Positions 40,001 to 53,496 of a stretch of 64,000 bases of DNA are shown in pieces. The notes under the pieces were generated by a model that was not told the origin of the DNA, ran no database searches, and saw nothing but the letters and a program-made list of their open reading frames with translations. The DNA is from Catajapyx aquilonaris (Eukaryota): contig JYFJ02002099.1 of NCBI GenBank assembly GCA_000934665.2, positions 62,001-126,000 of the forward strand, read 5' to 3'. A program made the translations under genes and the position numbers. The stretch's first letter is position 1; each line of letters begins with the position of its first letter.

Positions 40001-42940
40001 CAGCTCGTTGCACCTTTAGTCCGCGACTATCCTGAGGGCATTCGGTTCACAAAATGTGACTCTTCAGTTGTGCATTTTCCCTCCTAAAGAATAGATGTTA
40101 AACCACCTAAAATCCGGGTTTTGTACACTGAATCATTAGAGCAGACCTGGAAAATTGGCCGCAGGTCTCGTATCATAATCCACCTGAGTGCAATGATAAG
40201 CTGTTTTCTTGATTCTCAATGGCATTTTGCGGGGATATGATCCCACAGAGAGGTTACACTGTTTTCCATACTGAACACCTATTCCCAAAACGAAATTCTG
40301 TGCGTTGAATATTATCTACTGATAAAATCAACCATGTAGCTCTGTACTTGCACATGTACAAGCTTCGGACAACATCTGCACATATTAAAACATGGGGATC
40401 ACAACCAGGACTCACTGCATTAGCGTAGTGTAGGGCTCTCAATTTTCCAATATTGCAGGGAATATGGTCTGTAAAAGCATTTCTTGCTTTCCATTTATAC
40501 ACCCAACGTGTGTTTATACAAATTCATGCACTTTGATTACAATTTGTTTTAATTAGACTGTGCATTGCTTACAATAACATTTTGTGCTATGCTTTCAAGC
40601 TCTCAATTTCCACCCAGGTAAATTCTATATACACAATCAGCAGGCATATAATCTTGTGAACGACTCGTTAGCTCCTGACCTCCCGTCAAAAAAAAAACCT
40701 TCAAGAAACCCTGCATTAATCATAATCAAACACAATGTAACCGCACTTTTTTTTTGTTATTCACCCAAACTTGACAACAATGCGTAAATCTCCCTCACTG
40801 TCAGTTACTCCGAAATTAGTACACGTGGGTGTTATATTCCATCCCGCTGCTTTTAATGGAGATACACGTGGCGCCAAAAGTCAATATCTTAATTTTGATA
40901 CCCCCGCTGATTCGGATAAAGGAGCGCCACATTTGGGGGGTACCAGCCCCCATATCCCTCTCCGACTCAATATCTACAGATTATTAACAACAGGGGCTCA
41001 GTGACGAATACCTTTTCACATTCAAATCAACTGATTGGCTCTCACTATATATAAGGTTCCTCGTCTTTTCAAAAAGTTGCAGACGTGATGTATACGCCCT
41101 CTTATCACTCACATTTTAACCTCTTTTTTTTCGCTTCCAACCAACCTCATATCTTCCACCCCGTAGGCCCAGTACAGGCACGCATCAAGCACAATCGATA
41201 CTCCTAGTATACGGTTGATTCCCAACTCCAAATATTATAGCAGGATACAACACAGCCTATCTGAATAAAGCTCGTTGCTTGCTCACCTCTTCCATTGAAT
41301 GTAAAAGTTTGGTCGCAAAAAGCAGTCCTCCTCCACACCCAGACTCCAGCGAGAATTCAGAATTCGCCTAGGGGAAAACTTTTCTTCCAAACTCAATTAG
41401 AGTGCATAATTCGACCCACCCCTTTTTCCTCTCCCCCTTTTCCTCCCCTTTTCCCAATGCCGAATCGGTTCTTCCGCCGCCAGGAAATAATTGGGGTCAT
41501 TGCAGCAGCTGCATGGTCTCGTACTTATATCACTTTGTCTAGAAAGCGAGGGCCCGTAGAGGCAAAACAAGCTTCGGATAGTAGGAAAGCCTCCCTCTGG
41601 TCGATTGGATAGGATAGTAGAGGGGGTGGAGGGGATTCCCCGCTACTAAGCCTCTCATTGCTTATTCGCGCATTCAACTCTCCCTATCGCTAGGCAACCG
41701 GCAGACACATCAGCTTTCTAATCTCCCCTGACTGGAGCGTGACTGGCCCATCTCGTCATAGCTCATGTTTTATACGGTCTCTCTCTCTGGGATGGTGGGA
41801 AAGGTTGGGGCTATCCACCACAAAGGGTATGATAGGAAATGGTGGGTGGGATGGGGGAGGATGGAGGTTAAGTCTCAAGAGCCATTTGGAGTAGAAGAGG
41901 GTTTTGAGGTGGGGGCTTCGGGTAGGCGTAACCTGGATTAGGCGCTACGAGTACAGTTGTTCACGTCTGAACTTGGGGCTGGAAAATTACCTCTATACTG
42001 ACTATTTCATTAGGAAGGGGTAAAGAATGCAGTGTCGACGCAGCTCAGTGGGGAGTTGTTCGGAGATTTGAGTTTCTGGCTGTTTAGTTAGTGCTCATAT
42101 TAATGACAAATACCAATGTTCTCTATAGGCAGACTGAACCGTCCAAATATTCACGCTACTTTAGACTATGTATGCAATTAACGAAACCTTTTTATTTCAT
42201 TTAATATTTTATAATGCGTCCAATTACCACATATGAATAGTACATTACCAGAAATTGGTCATCCAATACTTCATAGAGTGCTTAATATTGGGAACATTCA
42301 AAAATATTTCACGCCATGTTGATGTATGTACACCTCGATGTACACTGTACATTATGTATGAATGCAACGAATATGTGCCCATAGTAGCAGGTCCAGTGTG
42401 TGATGCTTACTTTAAGCATGACTGTAGCCGTTGGCCGGCGTTCAGAGTTCAAGGGACATCGAATCTGTCAGTCTCTCAAAATACGAAGGAAAATCCGGCT
42501 CTAGCTCCGGCGTATAAAATGTTTGTTAATGGAAACCGATTGCATCGACATTGGTTTTCGCATTGAGGGGGGCAAAAAAGGCCAACTCCTGCCAGTGTAA
42601 GTCAACAGTCAAGAAGCGATTTCTCCTCCACTGCGGTACCCCCATTTTATACACTATGACACCATCCATCTCCGCACCCCTTTTCTTCTCAATATTATTC
42701 TTTATACGTACCATGCAATATTGGACAATTCTGCTCAAACCTGCACTATTTTTAATGGTGCTAGAAGCAGTGCATAGAAAGGCTCTACATTTTGAGTGAG
42801 CAAGCTGCTCATCCTGGGTATTCAGAACTTCACACATGCCTTTCCTGTTCAACGGGAAGTACGGCTAGCAGGATGTAACTTTTAGAAAACCGAGCGAAAT
42901 TTTCATCCTTGCCTGTTAGACTTCCTGTTAAACAGAAAGG

Positions 42941-43018
42941 ACTATATCACTTCGATTTGCACGTCTGCCGCATCGGAAAATGTCGCTAGCAGTATGACGG
43001 AATTAATGTTCAGCATTG
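42941..43018. mobile_element. Fold-back MITE, family A, single terminal fragment
   Basis: tatcacttcgatttgcacgtctgccgcatcggaaaatgtcgctagcagta plus a degraded terminus (aattaatgttcagcattg) followed by TA. Confidence 0.85.
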
Positions 43019-46000
43019 TACTAGGTACTGTGTACAGTACAGTACGCGATAAAGTGTGGTCAGCAATGTTGACCTATACAGTTAAACAACAATGTGCAAC
43101 ATAACAGAACATTGATCAGCAGGTTGGAGCAAACAACGCATTTTGTATGCGGCCTCGTATTTATTAGAAAATCCTTGTTAATTAAACATTAATCAACATT
43201 GCTCAAGGTACGGTCCACAACACAGTAACAATGGTTGGGGGGTAAGTAACGCATTAGCATGTGTAAACGTGACCAGCAGTTTGCGTGGCCGGATATTATT
43301 CGGCCGGGGCAGATGATCAACATGGCACGTCATTTACCTGTTCAGTGAATGTTTAAGTAGCGTAACCCCTGGAATGCAGGCTACCACAGAACGCATTACA
43401 GGCTGTTGGATATCCGAGATGAAAGGCAGCGCTAACGGTTAATAAGCACTAAAACATTTCGCTGACAACTGTTAAACAACATTGCCCATACGCACGTGAG
43501 CATCAGGTAGATCATCGTTACCTGCGTGAAAATGTATCGGCAGAATTAACAACGTATAGAAGCCTACTTTTAAAGACTGCATAGGTAGGGCCATGTTTTA
43601 CGTGCTGATTGCACTTTCTGATGTTGAATCTAGGACAACAGCTTAGTTCAGATGGCACTGCGCAACACTGGTGCAATGTTTTTTGCTGCGAGGATGATGT
43701 GGACGTGTATCGTACTTCCTAAATGTTGTTCTACTGTTGGTCAACGATGTTGCCCTAGTGTGAATACGTCCCAGGTGGGCTGTCTAACCTATTTAAATGA
43801 AGTGGGCCGCGTTGGCTGCTGGGGAAATTCAGCGTGAGAATACTGCTCTTACGGGCAATAATTATCCGGTCCCGGGACCTGACGTCAAACTGATGTGCGT
43901 TAAAAAAAAGTAAATGCATCCCCTAGTTACCAATTCCTCTCTGCCAAATCACCTGGGACGTATAGAAAAAATTTCTGAAAGACTGGCTGGTTTGATTTGG
44001 TTCATGGGAACAGTCGGAAAATGTCCAGTCGTTCGGATATGTTTTCTCAATAGAGTACATTATGTGGAAAAAGCATAATATGTACAGTAGTCTACTACGT
44101 TGAAGTTTGGGCTCTCTCTCCAAATGTAATTTCCACCAGCCTATGCGCCTCCTTCATTAAAAACTTACGGAGTGTTTGCTAATTACAATAATACTACCTA
44201 ACCTATACTGTTTGTAAGCCGTTCATACTACACCCTACGCAATTACTTGGGCAAGTTGCAAAGATCTCCACCAACAAGCTACACCAGAGCACCCGCTTTT
44301 CAATCAACAGATTGAAATGCCCCGGGCATTCAGCCCAAACTTAAGCCAACAGATCTTAGCAACTGAATAGCCTCAAATAATTTCCAAGCAATGCACTGCA
44401 GCATAACGCATCTAACTAACTCTAACTTGTAACTTATACTCATCCTCTTCTCAAATTTGAGCACAATTCACGCACATTCCCTTATCCAACAACACAATCC
44501 GAAGAAGCATCCGCAGCATCCAGGACACACCTCTTAAGAGAGACGGAGAAACCTTAAATCGTAGCCCCCGACGCCAACCACGCCGGAGATAAGCGCGATT
44601 TACGGTAGGCGAGCCTCGGCGCTGTGATCGCCCAGCTTCCGGTCCGCTGCCCCAACCCTCTCTCTCCTACTAGCTGGAAAGGTTGTGCAGACCTATATAT
44701 ATGATAGCTTTTCTGGTGTAGGGCTGGGAGAAACTCAGTTCAACTCTGCTACCCCCAGTAACCAACCCGACCTGACAACCTTATCTGAAGGAGCGCCAGT
44801 CGCCTACCGATAGCGCCGATCCGGATAATTGCTGGTGGAGGTGTAGGTTGGGGGGTGGGGGGGATATAGAAGCCCTCTTCATGCATCCGTGGCAATCTCG
44901 AGTAGAACAAACGCCAATCCATCTTATCTCTGCTCGGGTTGCACAGCTACGTGCAAGGCTACGTGATCTTCTCTCAGCTGGCTATTGACGATGCACTTTT
45001 GGTGAGAACCACCATCTTGAATAGAACCCCATGCATGTATTCATCACGTTGTAAAGACTGGAATAAATTCTTTTATTTATAACATGTCTCCTAGTTAAAA
45101 GCCAATTAAAATGTGAGTCACGAACAGCAAAAAAATTACGTGACGAATGGACCAAATTGCACCTGCATTACATTGCCGTTTGGGGTTGGCCGGATCCGTA
45201 AAATGGAAGTATGAGTTTACCAAAATGAGCAGTGTCCTAATTATAGCAAATCTGCTACTGCATAAAATTCCTCATAAATAAAGAACCGGGCGATGCCAAC
45301 TGTTGGAACCGGGCCCGCGGGAGGTTCTAATCGTTTATTCATAATGCATAAAATATACGACGAGCAAGATAGAATCAAGGCGGATTTGCAAAATCTTTCG
45401 ATTAAAAAGGGGGTCGGGGTCTCCCTCTCAAAACCTCCGCTTCACATATGTCCAATACGGCCTTCACAAACGTCCCAAATTCATACATTTCGGCTTGGTA
45501 GCTTGAGGCAAAGCACAAAAAAAATGATCAATTTGATACAACCACCCAGCCTCTTTAGCAACAGTTGGTCCCATGTACGAAAACTGGAACCCATTTATCA
45601 AAGAGTGCCGAAAACCTGAAATTAAATTACTCCTAATGAATAACGAAGCAGATTAGAAACAACAATAATTAACCTTCCTTTTTGCCCTGAGGTACAAAAA
45701 GGGATGAATTCCGTAACATGGGCGTTAGTATATGCACATAAAGGGATGGGAGGACTGGCTCTATTTGCACATTACTTACATCGTTAGCCCGTCTACTAAA
45801 AGGGTCAATAAAAATCCCTGGAGACCAAACGAAATTGTTTGTGTGTGTGTGTCACAAACATGCAGGTTAGGACACCCACATGTTATCCCTTAAAAATTAT
45901 TTCTCCCCACCATGTTCCAGATAATACGCGTCAAATATCGTGTGAACTAAACCGAGCAATGAGCACGTCCACGTTACACGTCACACTGACCGTACTTTTG

Positions 46001-49000
46001 ATTCACATCCCCCACGATAAGCGGTCATCCCCCCCATACCACCCAACTCTATCCATCCATCCTTTCCAACGCTACCCAAAAAAAAACCAGAGAGCTGGCA
46101 GTTCTCCCGTTGATGACACAGGGGGTTATTTCAAGGGGGGGGGGGTGGTAGGGTGGAGATGATGGTTCTCTGTCGCCCCCCCTTCCACAGGACCATCATC
46201 AAGCAGATCAGATCGGGTAGAATGTTGGCAGTCCTGCGGCCCTCATGTTGCTCACGAACCTTTNGGGGAAGCCCAAAGTAATTAAGACGGGAGGCAGGAG
46301 AAAGGCTGAAAGGAGGGGACTAATGCCTCCGATCACGATTAAAAATTCATGCCGGCTGCTAATCAGGTGGGGAAGGGAGGGGGGGTTGGAACAGGCTGCC
46401 AACAAAGCTAATTGCGCTTCTGCATTGCAAATGTGGCCCATTGTTGAGTGAAGGGATAGGAGAGAGCTGTATAGTTCGGTAGGGAGAGGGGGGGGGGGTC
46501 AGCACAAAATCGTGGGGGGAGTGATGAAGAATCCTCCCCGCTTTCCACCCACAGCCTCTCCCAACCCTCAATTCTTCCTGCTATGCAAATGGCGTTCCGG
46601 ATGGCAGGCGGCCAAACTCTAGGGACAATTTTTTTGTTGAACCACCCCCATGTCTTCCATTTTTTTTTTTTTTTTTGCACAACCCCCCTTTTAGACATCA
46701 GGATGCGAGGATTTTACTGTACAGCCCTCCCCTTACCCCAACTTGATTTATCGGAATGGATCTTGGATAATTTTCAGTCTCATTCGTTGGCTTCCTCGTG
46801 TCTCTTCTCTTATATATATTTTTTTTCTGGAAGGATCTTAGCCTCTGGGATATTTACTGTGATTATTAATTTTTCCTCTCTGCCATGCCGCAATGCTTTA
46901 TCTTTTTTTACTATGCTGACTCGGTTGGTGGTGAAAGATTATGCAATAAAAAATCTCTTCTGCGAATAAGACAATTCTGCAACCGCCTATATCCCACCTC
47001 CACTTCCATTTAAAGGGTAATTTCCTCCCACAACTGCTCCGGCCTAATTGGAGAGATTGTACAGTCTATTAACAAAGGAGATGCCTCACAGCCGGTAGAG
47101 TAGGGTAATGGAATGTGAACATAGAGCATTTTCATTCCAGAATTGCGCTGACCTCCATTTAAAGGTAGTGGAGACATCACTTTCAATGCATCTCGAGTGC
47201 TCTAATGGTTTAAGGCAACTCGGCGGTTAACTCTAATGTGTAGGTTGGGTAAAAGGCGAATTTGTCGCCAATTATTTGCCAGGGAAATAACTAGCTGTTT
47301 CCGCAAGATGTGCCTTAAAAATGTGGTTTTAAAGACAAATTTATCTGATTGGAACATCCAATCAGCCAGTGTGCACTAAAAATAAAATCTTGATAGTTAT
47401 TTTAATGGCAGACACATGCAAACCCTTGCGCATTCAAAAGAAGTATCATGCGATGCCTTTTATGTCCCTCAGGTGGTAAACACCCCTACATCCAGTGCAA
47501 ACGGGCGCTCGAGCAAAAAAGGTGGCTATTTGCATTCCTCTCGTAAAGTCTGGGCTATAGTTATACCTATAGAGCCGTAGAGACCAGGTAACTGTCGTGC
47601 GCAATCTACTTTTCCAACCGAAATCCAAATGCGGTCGACGGAGTGTGGGAGGGTAAAGGGTAAAGGGAAAAGAGAATATAATGTTTTTAGAACAGGATTC
47701 CGGCCGTGAATTAGCTTACGTCGCTAAAGAAGTGTCAACAACCGAAAAAACTAACAAAATCATATCACTGTATGACAAATGTTTGTTCAACATAGATAAC
47801 GAGACCACATGATGTAAGATTACTGCACAGGTTGGACCATTTACATGAATTCCCGAATTCCCTATCGCTATATACTCTGGATGTGCAAATTCAATGAGGA
47901 AATAATTCAGATATATGGCAGGGTAGCCAGCAGTATTAATGTTGCACTGTTAGGTTAGAAAAGTTAATAGCATGACAGCCCCGATGTAGTTTTCCTATGG
48001 CGCTTCCGATTCCTCATTTACATAACAGGGCCATTAGCTATGAAGTTATGCAGCCAGTTTGATTTTAAATATATTGCCCTGTGAAGTTTGCTTCTAATCA
48101 CGAAACAAACTAGCATCATTACTGGTACCAACCATGTTACTGCCACACATAACTCAGTTTCGACAACAGTTACCCATAACAGCTTTTGCGCAGCCAATAA
48201 TGAACCGCAATCGCATTCCTGCAGTTACATTAAATTGCATGTTACAACGTGCATTACTTGCTGCTGGCTTCTGACAATATTTAACAGATATAATTTTTTT
48301 TAAATTTTTTAATAAACGACGGTCGATATCTGCTAAGCCATTCCAGGGCAGGCACTTATTCCAAGACAAGGACAGTTATGCAACAATACTCTTGCCAACA
48401 ATATATCAGATGGTATTGCGCAGGTCCGGTCCTACGCAATATTGAAAACGTCCTCTGCAGGGAATTTACACGGCACGCCTGACGCCAGTTAACTACACAC
48501 TCACTTGAAATTCGATTATAAAAATCGCATTTGCCATCAATTTCGCCGACTATCTACGGAGTACGTTAATGAGGAAAAAATTGCATTGTTCTGGTAATCA
48601 CGCTACCCTTTTCCACCCCACCCTTTCTACACCGTCAGTTGCGCAGTTTCGCCCGGGTCACGCTTCAATTTCGGATCTATATACAGGGTGGTCATTAAGT
48701 TACGCTCCTGGCTTCAAAATGACTTTTCCGATATTGTTGATTCATTTTGACAGGGTCGCTGCCAGATTAACGGGAACCAGGGCGAAACATGCTCAACACT
48801 TAATATTTCACAGTGGAGTCACTTTTCGGCCAAAAAGGTGCGGGTACTCTTCCATTCAATATTAATGCAATAGTTACATCGAGATGAGCATCCTGATGCT
48901 ACAACTGTTTTAAATTCTTTAAAATACTACACCACTCCTCTAGTTGTGAGAGGTACATAAGGCTCTCATGGGTTGTGGTTTATTCACAGCCGCTTATTAA

Positions 49001-52000
49001 TGAATCAGTTGAAAATCTCCCTACTGTAAAATGGTAGGTCGGAAATAAGTGCAAAGGCGATTTTAATTATTTACACCTGCACGAGAAAGGCCGGTGGACA
49101 TGGGCCAGCCACTCATCGCAATCTAGGTGCAACTAGCTAAAACAACATTTAATAATTGAGAGCGCACAATTGAAGTCCATTACAACAAGCTCACAGTTTA
49201 AAAAATGAAATTTAAAAAATTGGCGTTGTTGTTTATTTTTCTCCTAATAGGCTTATTCTCTCCGTCTGGTGTTTGTCCGATCTGATAGTACCACTCTCGC
49301 ACGACTTGAGAGTGGCAGGAGTGTGCAGAGGGAGTATGCGCCATCTATGTTTGAAAAGTAGTACTACGTGGTAAATCGGCGGGCCATCGTCACTGTCATA
49401 CTGATTTTTGCCGAATTTTGGCAACGGGTTAGTGTTGCTGTATCGCAGAAATGCTCACATTTTGTACTGAATTGGTTGATATCAGTGCCACTTCAATCCG
49501 AATCCAACTCAAATCTGATATCCACTATTGGCACATCAAAAAAAAATCGTTTCCTTTTAATCCTTCCGATCCTATGTGCTGCCACCTTCCGATGTCCCAA
49601 TCGATCCTTAAGAATCGGCTAGGAGATACAAAAGCCGGAGGGGGGCGTAACCCGACGAAACATCCGGATAAGTTAGCAGCCATAGTCCCTGGAGGTCGGA
49701 ACTCGTGGAAGCGATAGACAACGGTCCTAAAAACTCGACAAGCTGGTGAGGTATAAGGCTGGCAATTGGCAAACTTTCTCAAGACATGCAAAGGCTGGGC
49801 TGGAAATGGTTGGAAGGATGGGAAAGGTGGCAAGTGGAAATAGAGTGTGGGTGGCCTATAGGGTGGGCGTTTTAGTTTGGATAGCAACCCCACCCTCTCC
49901 TATATCCAATTCTCCCTCTTCTAAAACCAGCATCCCCAACCCTCCCCCGTAAATCTGGTAGCCCCGAAGCCATAAATAAAGCGTCGGGCTTATCGGGAAG
50001 GCGCGCACTGACGCCGGCGCCAAAAATTATTAATGAATGCAGCAGGCTGAGAAATATGAAAGGATAATGAATACAACAGAGTGAGAAATAAGGAGGGGAG
50101 ACATCCATCACCTTTTCCCCTCGGAAATATCGGGAAAAAGTTTTCCTGACCAAATCAAGACAAATGGATAGATGGATGAATGGATGGGCCTGTACAGGAT
50201 GAAGCAACACCGGTGGTAAGTCACACTGGGGTTAGTAGTGGGAGGAAAAAAACTGTCCTAAGGCAAAGTTTGATATCTGCAAACCCATTAGCTCCTGATG
50301 TGAACGTAACTATGACATTAGACCAACCGGGTTCCGGGCAATTTCAAACTCCTATTGGGCTTCAACGACCATTTTTCATTTACCGACCAGTTCTTCAAAG
50401 GATTCCTGCCATTCCTTCCCACAATAATTTTTATTGGAAGTTGTTCCTAGATCAGTTTTTCGTATGTTTTCTGAGGTATATTTGAAATTTTGTTGCTATC
50501 ACACCCTTAATGTCCCCGGATTGCTAAGGCAGTGATCATCCAATATTGCCTCGCTCCATGTACCTGCTTCCCTTCAATTAGACAGATACATCCTTCACCT
50601 AACCACCACAGAAGGAGAGAGGCATTCGCTCGGTAGCCCTGGTCACGACCCGAGTGGCTTTGGCGGTGGAGACCGCGGGACCGGAACCCCCGGAACGCCC
50701 GGAACGCCCCCTCCACGCCTGGTTCCGGAAAACTCTACTCTTCCTTCCTATACTCTTGACCTCGCCTAGAAACTCCATCCTCCATTCCCCCCCCAAAAAC
50801 CATCCTTCGATCTCCATCGGCAGCTGCAGCGCCTCGCCAAATCTGGAATTATGCTAAAGAGATGGAGGACAGCGCAGGGCTGGAAATATACCTACACTAT
50901 GACGTCGATCTACACATTTCGTAGAGAAAAAAAAAATGGCCATAAAATAAAAGCGAGTGATAAAAAAAAATGGAACAGAAAAGAGGGCTGGGTTTCAGTG
51001 TTGTTTGCAGCACAAAAGAAAAATAACGTTGATGCTCCTTTGTGAGCGGGGCAAAATTGCCTGGGCCCGTTTTTTGAACAAACAAAAACCTCACACAATG
51101 AGGGAGGCTGGTATAGGAAGGAAATGACACGAGCCCTGCAACATTTTCTTATTGTTTTGAACAAATGAAAAGAAAAGACTTGGAGCTTAATGTTCTTTCG
51201 TCTTTCCTGCTGATGCCACAGTGCGGTTGGTAGAATTAACATTTTTTTTTTGAGCAGACCCCCTAATGGCTGACCACTGGTGGAAAACGTGGGGCAGCTA
51301 TTTGTTACAGTCCTCCCAGTATGCCTGCAAACTACAGGAAATAGGAGCAGGAGACACATTTCCAACACCAATTTGACAGTAACTAAGTAATTTCCCAGCT
51401 AGCGATGACCGGTACCTCCTACTGCAATTACACATTAACGTGCATGTCATCCGATCCTCCCTGGTGCAATTAACCATTCAATTACGCTTACCGGAATTTA
51501 CTACGTCGGGATTATAGTGTCACGGGCCTAGTGCTGGGCCTAATCTACTGGATGCGGACCAGTCAAAATGGCTTCATGTATGTACGGTAAAGGTTGTCCA
51601 CTTGCAAGTATACGGAAATGGCTGGTTGGAAAGAAAACGATTGCGGTTCTGGATGGCTGGCCCCAAGGGTTCTATCTATCTCTTGACAAAAAAAAAAACT
51701 TCAGCCCATTCATTGTGACATCATGCAACGTCTCTCTCTGTCCTCCAGTACACAATGGATATTGTGTGGTGCTTTCGGAGAGAATGTGGAAACCGGCACC
51801 ATCCATATGAGCTATTGTGTTCTTAGAAACGTCAGGCACATTAAAAGCAAGCAAGAAATCACAATATTACAGCGTGATTTTAAGCAGCCTTTTCCAAAAA
51901 TGAGGGTTGGAAATATGGGCCGGGAACAGCGTAAATAATGCATATTGTTGGCTGGAAATAACTATTGTTCCCTGTAAAATAACATGAACGTTCCCTATGC

Positions 52001-53064
52001 TCCATTTTTCATTATCATAAAATAACATCCCCATGTTGAATGTACTATCCGGGGCGAATGTTACATAGCGAGTGGATAAACTAAATAAATTACTCGGCTT
52101 TGCATAACTTGAAAAGCCTCTGGCAACATCACCCCACACATTGGTAAGTATTACTTATGTCACCGCGTCCCCATTTTACATCCATTTTGCTGCCACGAGT
52201 CCACCATTTGAAGTGCATTATGAAAGAATTAGTCATGTAAATCCTCACCACTACACAGTCCACATAACCAAATAAATTCCTCTCTCACAGACACATTTGA
52301 AGCAACTCCATGTTGGAGAAAGGCTGCTTCTTCCCTCCAGCAATGCACCAACCATCCCCTAGAAAGTGCCCCAAAGTTAAGACTGAACTCTCAAATGACA
52401 CATTGACAGCGAAACAACCTGTCACTTATCTCCAAGCCCTACTCGTATGCGAAAAGGCAACAGGGAGCAGCCAGGCAATGTCCCGGCGGCATAATGCGAG
52501 TTAAATGGAGCTTCCAACGCATTTGCCTTCATCCCCCCCCCCCACCTCCTGCTGCTCCTTCCCCCTACTTCTCCCCCTCTCATCATGACATAGTCCCCTA
52601 GGAAAATACCTCCCCCTGTGCAGGTAAGTGCCGAAGGCGAAAAGGCTACCTCCCGACGCTACAAAATAATCACATGGAGCTTATCTCGCAGACAGGAATT
52701 ATTACTCATCATCCCCTTATTATAATAGAGGTGCTTACGTTGATATTAGCTGCTGTGTCCAGTTCAAGAGATGGCGAACATTGTTGCCACTTTGGGCAAC
52801 ATTGTCCTATTAGAGTTGGTCATTATCAAAACCAGGCAACACAGGCATCAACTCAACGCTAAAATTCATGCCCGGGAAGAAATGATTGAAGGGAAAACAC
52901 CTGCCAGTACCCCCGTCAACTGTCTGTCTTTCTGTGTGTCCGGGTCCTGCTACTCCAACACCTTCAACCTCTCCCGTCTGTATAACGGCAACCGTCATTT
53001 GCCTGCCATCAGTAGTCAACCCCCAACGCCTCCATCCTATCCCGGCCTGGGGGTGGAGCACAGA

Positions 53065-53154
53065 TGTCTGCCTCTCTGTTTGTCTGTCCGCCTGCCAACC
53101 GTCATTTGCCTAAATGACGGTTGGCAGGCGGACAGACAAACAGAGAGGCAGACA
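53065..53154. repeat. Perfect inverted repeat, 43-bp arms, 4-nt loop
   Basis: tgtctgcctctctgtttgtctgtccgcctgccaaccgtcattt-gcct-aaatgacggttggcaggcggacagacaaacagagaggcagaca. Confidence 0.97.
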
Positions 53155-53194
53155 GACAGACAGACAGACTCACAAACGGATTTATTTATATAGA
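53112..53194 (-). mobile_element. Helitron-like non-autonomous 5' end
   Basis: Minus strand reads A|TCTATATAAATAAATCCGTTTGTGAGTCTGTCTGTCTGTC: 5'-TC after A, an AT-rich leader and (GTCT)n, as in insect non-autonomous Helitrons. No 3' hairpin plus CTRR end identified. Confidence 0.55.
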
Positions 53195-53421
53195 TGTAAC
53201 CCCTTGCGAGGGCATAACCCTTTTGGGGGAACATATTTCCAATATATGGAACATTTTCACATATGTACACCTCCCACTGGACCGTGAAAAGACTCACTAA
53301 ATCTAAAATTTCCGTTTTATAAAGGATTCGTACCGATGATAGCCTGGTTTTGATAATGACACTTGTGCAATTGTTAGATTTTTAGTCATAACTAGAAAAC
53401 TTGCCATTTTCTAGCATTTTT

Positions 53422-53496
53422 CTAGTCCCATCCACCAGAGGCGCTGCCTCCTCCCATTGCGCCGGCGCAGAACGCGGGCAATCGGAAGCGTCGAGC
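53422..53496 (+). repeat. Dispersed repeat family B, copy 2
   Basis: ccaccagaggcgctgcctcctcccattgcgccggcgcagaacg..caatcggaagc. Confidence 0.75.

Noticed and set aside
39871..40120. Tigger/pogo-like MITE (tacagttggaaccc...ccgggttttg) and lone TA|CAGGGTG-type ends (about 1215, 23915, 48684)
   Set aside because: Plausible old transposon debris, but the ends cannot be paired with confidence by eye.
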